NCBI GenBank assembly: GCA_964016885.1
Contig: CAXHJY010000020.1
Span: 83,563-147,562, forward strand
Direction: 5' to 3'
Length of the DNA: 64,000 nt
Source of the DNA: Eledone cirrhosa
Lineage: Eukaryota
The notes under the pieces were generated by a model that was given only the letters and a program-made list of their open reading frames with translations, did not search any database and was not told the DNA's origin. Positions 60,962 to 64,000 of the stretch are shown piece after piece; position 1 is the stretch's first letter, and each line of letters starts with the position of its first letter. Both the position numbers and the translations under genes were made by a program.

Positions 60962-61268
60962 TGAAGGTGACCGTGAGAGGGACGTGCTCCCCTACTCTCA
61001 GTACAGTTGTTAAAAGGAATGTGAACGTAGAGGGGGATGTGCTGCTCTCCCCTCTCACCAGTACATTTGTTAAAAGGTGGGTTAACGTAGAGAGGATGGC
61101 CCGTGCGAACGGATCTACTTTGACCATGCGCCTGTAGGCTGAGCACTTTGGAGAGGAGAAGGGCGTTCTCGTAGGGTGCTCTTGGAGAGTATCGTGGTTT
61201 AGGATTGGTGGGATTCCTCCATCACTCTTTGGTGTTACTCCCACCAAAGCCCTATTGGGGAATTTCAT
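60962..61268 (+). mobile_element. Possible L1/Tx1-like ORF2 end and 3' UTR with ~60-bp duplication
   Basis: TFVKRWVNVERMARANGSTL..stop resembles the F..RW terminal motif; family is inferred. Confidence 0.4.
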
Positions 61269-61271
61269 TAT

Positions 61272-61458
61272 TGGATTGACAGTATCGGTAGAGCGTCGGA
61301 CGCCATGCTTTGACGCATAGAGTTACGGCCCTATATGGTCTGAATTCAAATCCCGCCGAGGTTAACTTTGCCTTTCATCCTTACGGGGTCGATAAAATAA
61401 AGTACCAGTAATACACTGAGATAATTGCTGGCCTTGTGCCAAATGTAGAAACAATTAT
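61272..61458 (+). mobile_element. Main-family SINE
   Basis: Core match. Confidence 0.9.
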
Positions 61459-61627
61459 TATATTCATTTTGTTATCTTTTCTTTGTACAGGAACTTTTGT
61501 AAAATCTCCACTACCACTGCTTCTGTAGTGTTCCCTATATGTCGGCCCCTTTGGCCAGTAAAGAAATAATTAATTAAATTATCATTATCAACAGTATCTT
61601 CATTATTAATGGATTCGTAGAAACATT

Positions 61628-61770
61628 GGAGCGTTGGACTCAATGCTTTGTGGCATTTCTTCTGGTCCTTCATGTTCTAAGTTCAAATCCCACTGATATT
61701 AACTTTACGAGTCGTTAAAATAAAGTACCAGTAATGCACTGGAGTCGATTAAATCGACTTTCTCCTCTCC
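61628..61770 (+). mobile_element. Diverged SINE with internal deletion
   Basis: GTTCAAATCCC..TAAAATAAAGTACCAGTAATGCACTGG. Confidence 0.75.
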
Positions 61771-62339
61771 ACAGTATGAACAGACGTCAGCCCCATATAA
61801 CTGACCAGCTTCATGGTGGAACAGACAATGTTTGGGTTACCTTTTCTAGACCTCTCCCAAGATTTGGGTGAGCAGCGTTGTTCTTTGAAAGGGCTACTCA
61901 GTTACAAAAGACTCTGCCCAAGCCAGTACTTATTCGGAAAACTGACAATAACGTTATATAAGCCTTAAGCCGCCTGCGTGTAGATTAGCAACTGCATACC
62001 TCCAACTCGTTAGGTCTGTACACGTCGCTGCTTCCCTATTGCCACAGGACATTGAAGAGATATCTGCACAAGGAGATCAAAGTAACATGTGCTTGTGCTA
62101 CACACATGCGGCTCGCTGTGTATCAACAGCCAGAATCCAATAGCAAGCAGAAGCAAGGTGATTGGTAGCTGTATCAACTGCAGGATTTTCAGATCATCCC
62201 CGCAGAAGAAAAAAATAGAAGACTTTCTATCTAATCTAATGTGGCCGAGTTTACATTCGCAAATAAGAAGAACCAGGGCCGCCCCTAGGAGCATTGGATT
62301 TGGTATACTTCATATTTGTTTCGGTTGCTGAATACAATC

Positions 62340-62725
62340 AGGAGTCGCTGCTTCTCCTGAAGGTCAATAGTTCTCTTCTAACTCGAGCGGAAGCGCCTTT
62401 CTACTGTCAATTTGCATTGATAATCTGCAAAGCCGCATTGTTCTCAGAACCACTACACTAGTCTTTCGATGCGGGCAGCTGGAACTACTGTGACCAATTG
62501 ATTTGGCAGGATTTTTTTTTTTTTTTTAGATGTCCGTTGACTTTTATGAGTTCTTCTGCCCTTTGTCAGGTTTTGTTTTTTGTCCTGCAGGGTGTTCACA
62601 ATCACCCTCCTCACCAAGTAAACTTGGTGGGGTTGGTTGCCAGTTTAGTTGCCGACGATCCGACCATGCGACAGGTTGCACTGGGTTACACGCTACCAGT
62701 AGCACTCGAGAGTGACCTGACTATT
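62340..62725 (-). mobile_element. 5' end of an RTE-type element
   Basis: 62520-62722 is a reverse-complement match to 16069-16262; extension to 62340 is uncertain. Confidence 0.72.
62640..62717 (-). ncRNA. Candidate HDV-like ribozyme
   Basis: GGTCA..CCAG-TGC-aaCCtgtc-GCA-TGGTC-GG-atcgtcggcaa-CTAA-ACTGG. Confidence 0.52.
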
Positions 62726-62842
62726 GGTAGCACTCGAGAGTGACCTGACTATTGGTAGCACTCGAGAGTGACCTGACTATTGGTAGCACTCGAGAGTGAC
62801 CTGACTATTGGTAGCTCTCGAGAGTGACAGACTGTTGGTAGC
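62699..62842. repeat. 28-bp tandem repeat, 5 copies
   Basis: GTAGCACTCGAGAGTGACCTGACTATTG. Confidence 0.95.
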
Positions 62843-63049
62843 TGCATCAACCGCAGGATTTACGAGATGAATAAATAAATAGGATAAATAAATAAGCTAA
62901 GATGAAATAGAGAAGAATTATTTTAAAAATTTAAAGTTAAATGTTTACGAGTAAAAAGAAATACATACACACACGCGTGCACACATTGCCCCCTCTCCAT
63001 ACATATATACACATTTACACACCCACATAATATATACATATGTATACAC

Positions 63050-63206
63050 TATTGGATGGTCGTTGACTCTCATGGGTTCTTCCTTTTGCTTTCATCCCGC
63101 AGCGTCTCCAAAGTCTCCTTCCTCTCTTAGCAAGCTTGGTTTAGTCACTGACAAGCACAACATGCGACATGTTGTACTGAGTTGCATTCAGAAGCGACTT
63201 GACTTG

Positions 63207-63208
<2 letters not shown>
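63050..63208 (-). mobile_element. Older copy of the RTE-type 5' end
   Basis: TTGGATGGTCGTTGACTCT and TTTAGTCA..CATGCGACA.GTTGTACTG. Confidence 0.62.
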
Positions 63209-63265
<57 letters not shown>

Positions 63266-63270
63266 GTATA

Positions 63271-63323
<53 letters not shown>

Positions 63324-63328
63324 GTATA

Positions 63329-63451
<123 letters not shown>

Positions 63452-63472
63452 GGGGGGGGGGGGGGGGGGCGG

Positions 63473-63605
63473 TGGTTTGGCAGTATCGGTAGAGCGTCAG
63501 ACACTATGCTTTGCAGCACAGAGTTATGGCCCTTTATGTTTTAAGGGTCGTGCTCCAGCATGGCCTCAGCCGGATGGCTGGGACGGGTAAAAGAGTAAAA
63601 GAATA
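63473..63605 (+). mobile_element. SINE head joined to an alternative tail
   Basis: GGCAGTATCGGTAGAGCG head, then GTGCTCCAGCATGGCC..GTAAAAGAGTAAAAG. Confidence 0.65.
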
Positions 63606-63676
63606 TATATATTATAAAGAAGAGAGACGGTTTTAAATGTACATCCTCTGTTTATATAATCCTAAATTGAATAATA

Positions 63677-63712
<36 letters not shown>

Positions 63713-63735
63713 TGTATGTATGTATGTATGTATAT

Positions 63736-63766
<31 letters not shown>

Positions 63767-64000
63767 TATCTATATATATATAGAGAGAGAGAGAAAGAGA
63801 GAGAGGGCAGGAGAGAGAGAGAATAAATTAACAACATGGACATTAGTGTGTTTGAGAGTTTGGGTTGGAATTGATGCTCTAATAATTTAGATTCCAGCAA
63901 TTTTGGTAATGTGTTGCTTCTGATTCTCTGCTAACTTTTACCTAATGGGCCATACATAGTTTATGGCTGTTTAGGGAGTTGACTGGCTACAAGGTAGATT

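Noticed and set aside
60912-61268. 118-aa minus-strand ORF
   Set aside because: No recognisable domain; better explained as antisense of a repeat fragment.

Overview
A 64-kb, very AT-rich, repeat-dominated animal genomic window with no recognisable intact host gene. The SINE and LINE families and microsatellite load look like an octopod cephalopod (inference). Almost all long ORFs are translations of (TA)n, (CA)n, (CATA)n or CAA/CCA repeats. Content I can support: four degraded Penelope-like element (PLE) RT/GIY-YIG remnants, R4/Dong-like LINEs in (CATA)n and (TAA)n tracts, RTE LINE ends and a non-autonomous RTE derivative, about 25 tRNA-derived SINE copies or fragments, Tc1/mariner, pogo-like and TTAA-type MITEs, a Helitron, and minisatellites. 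The most interesting signal is RNA structure. Short islands inside (TA)n tracts carry sequence-unrelated minimal type I hammerhead ribozyme motifs (best at 2118-2188 -, 32168-32216 +, 33041-33082 -), often within fold-back inverted repeats. An HDV-like ribozyme candidate sits at the 5' end of the RTE derivative (16073-16150 +, 62640-62717 -). Three candidate host exons are weakly supported. All folds were paired by eye and many boundaries are approximate.
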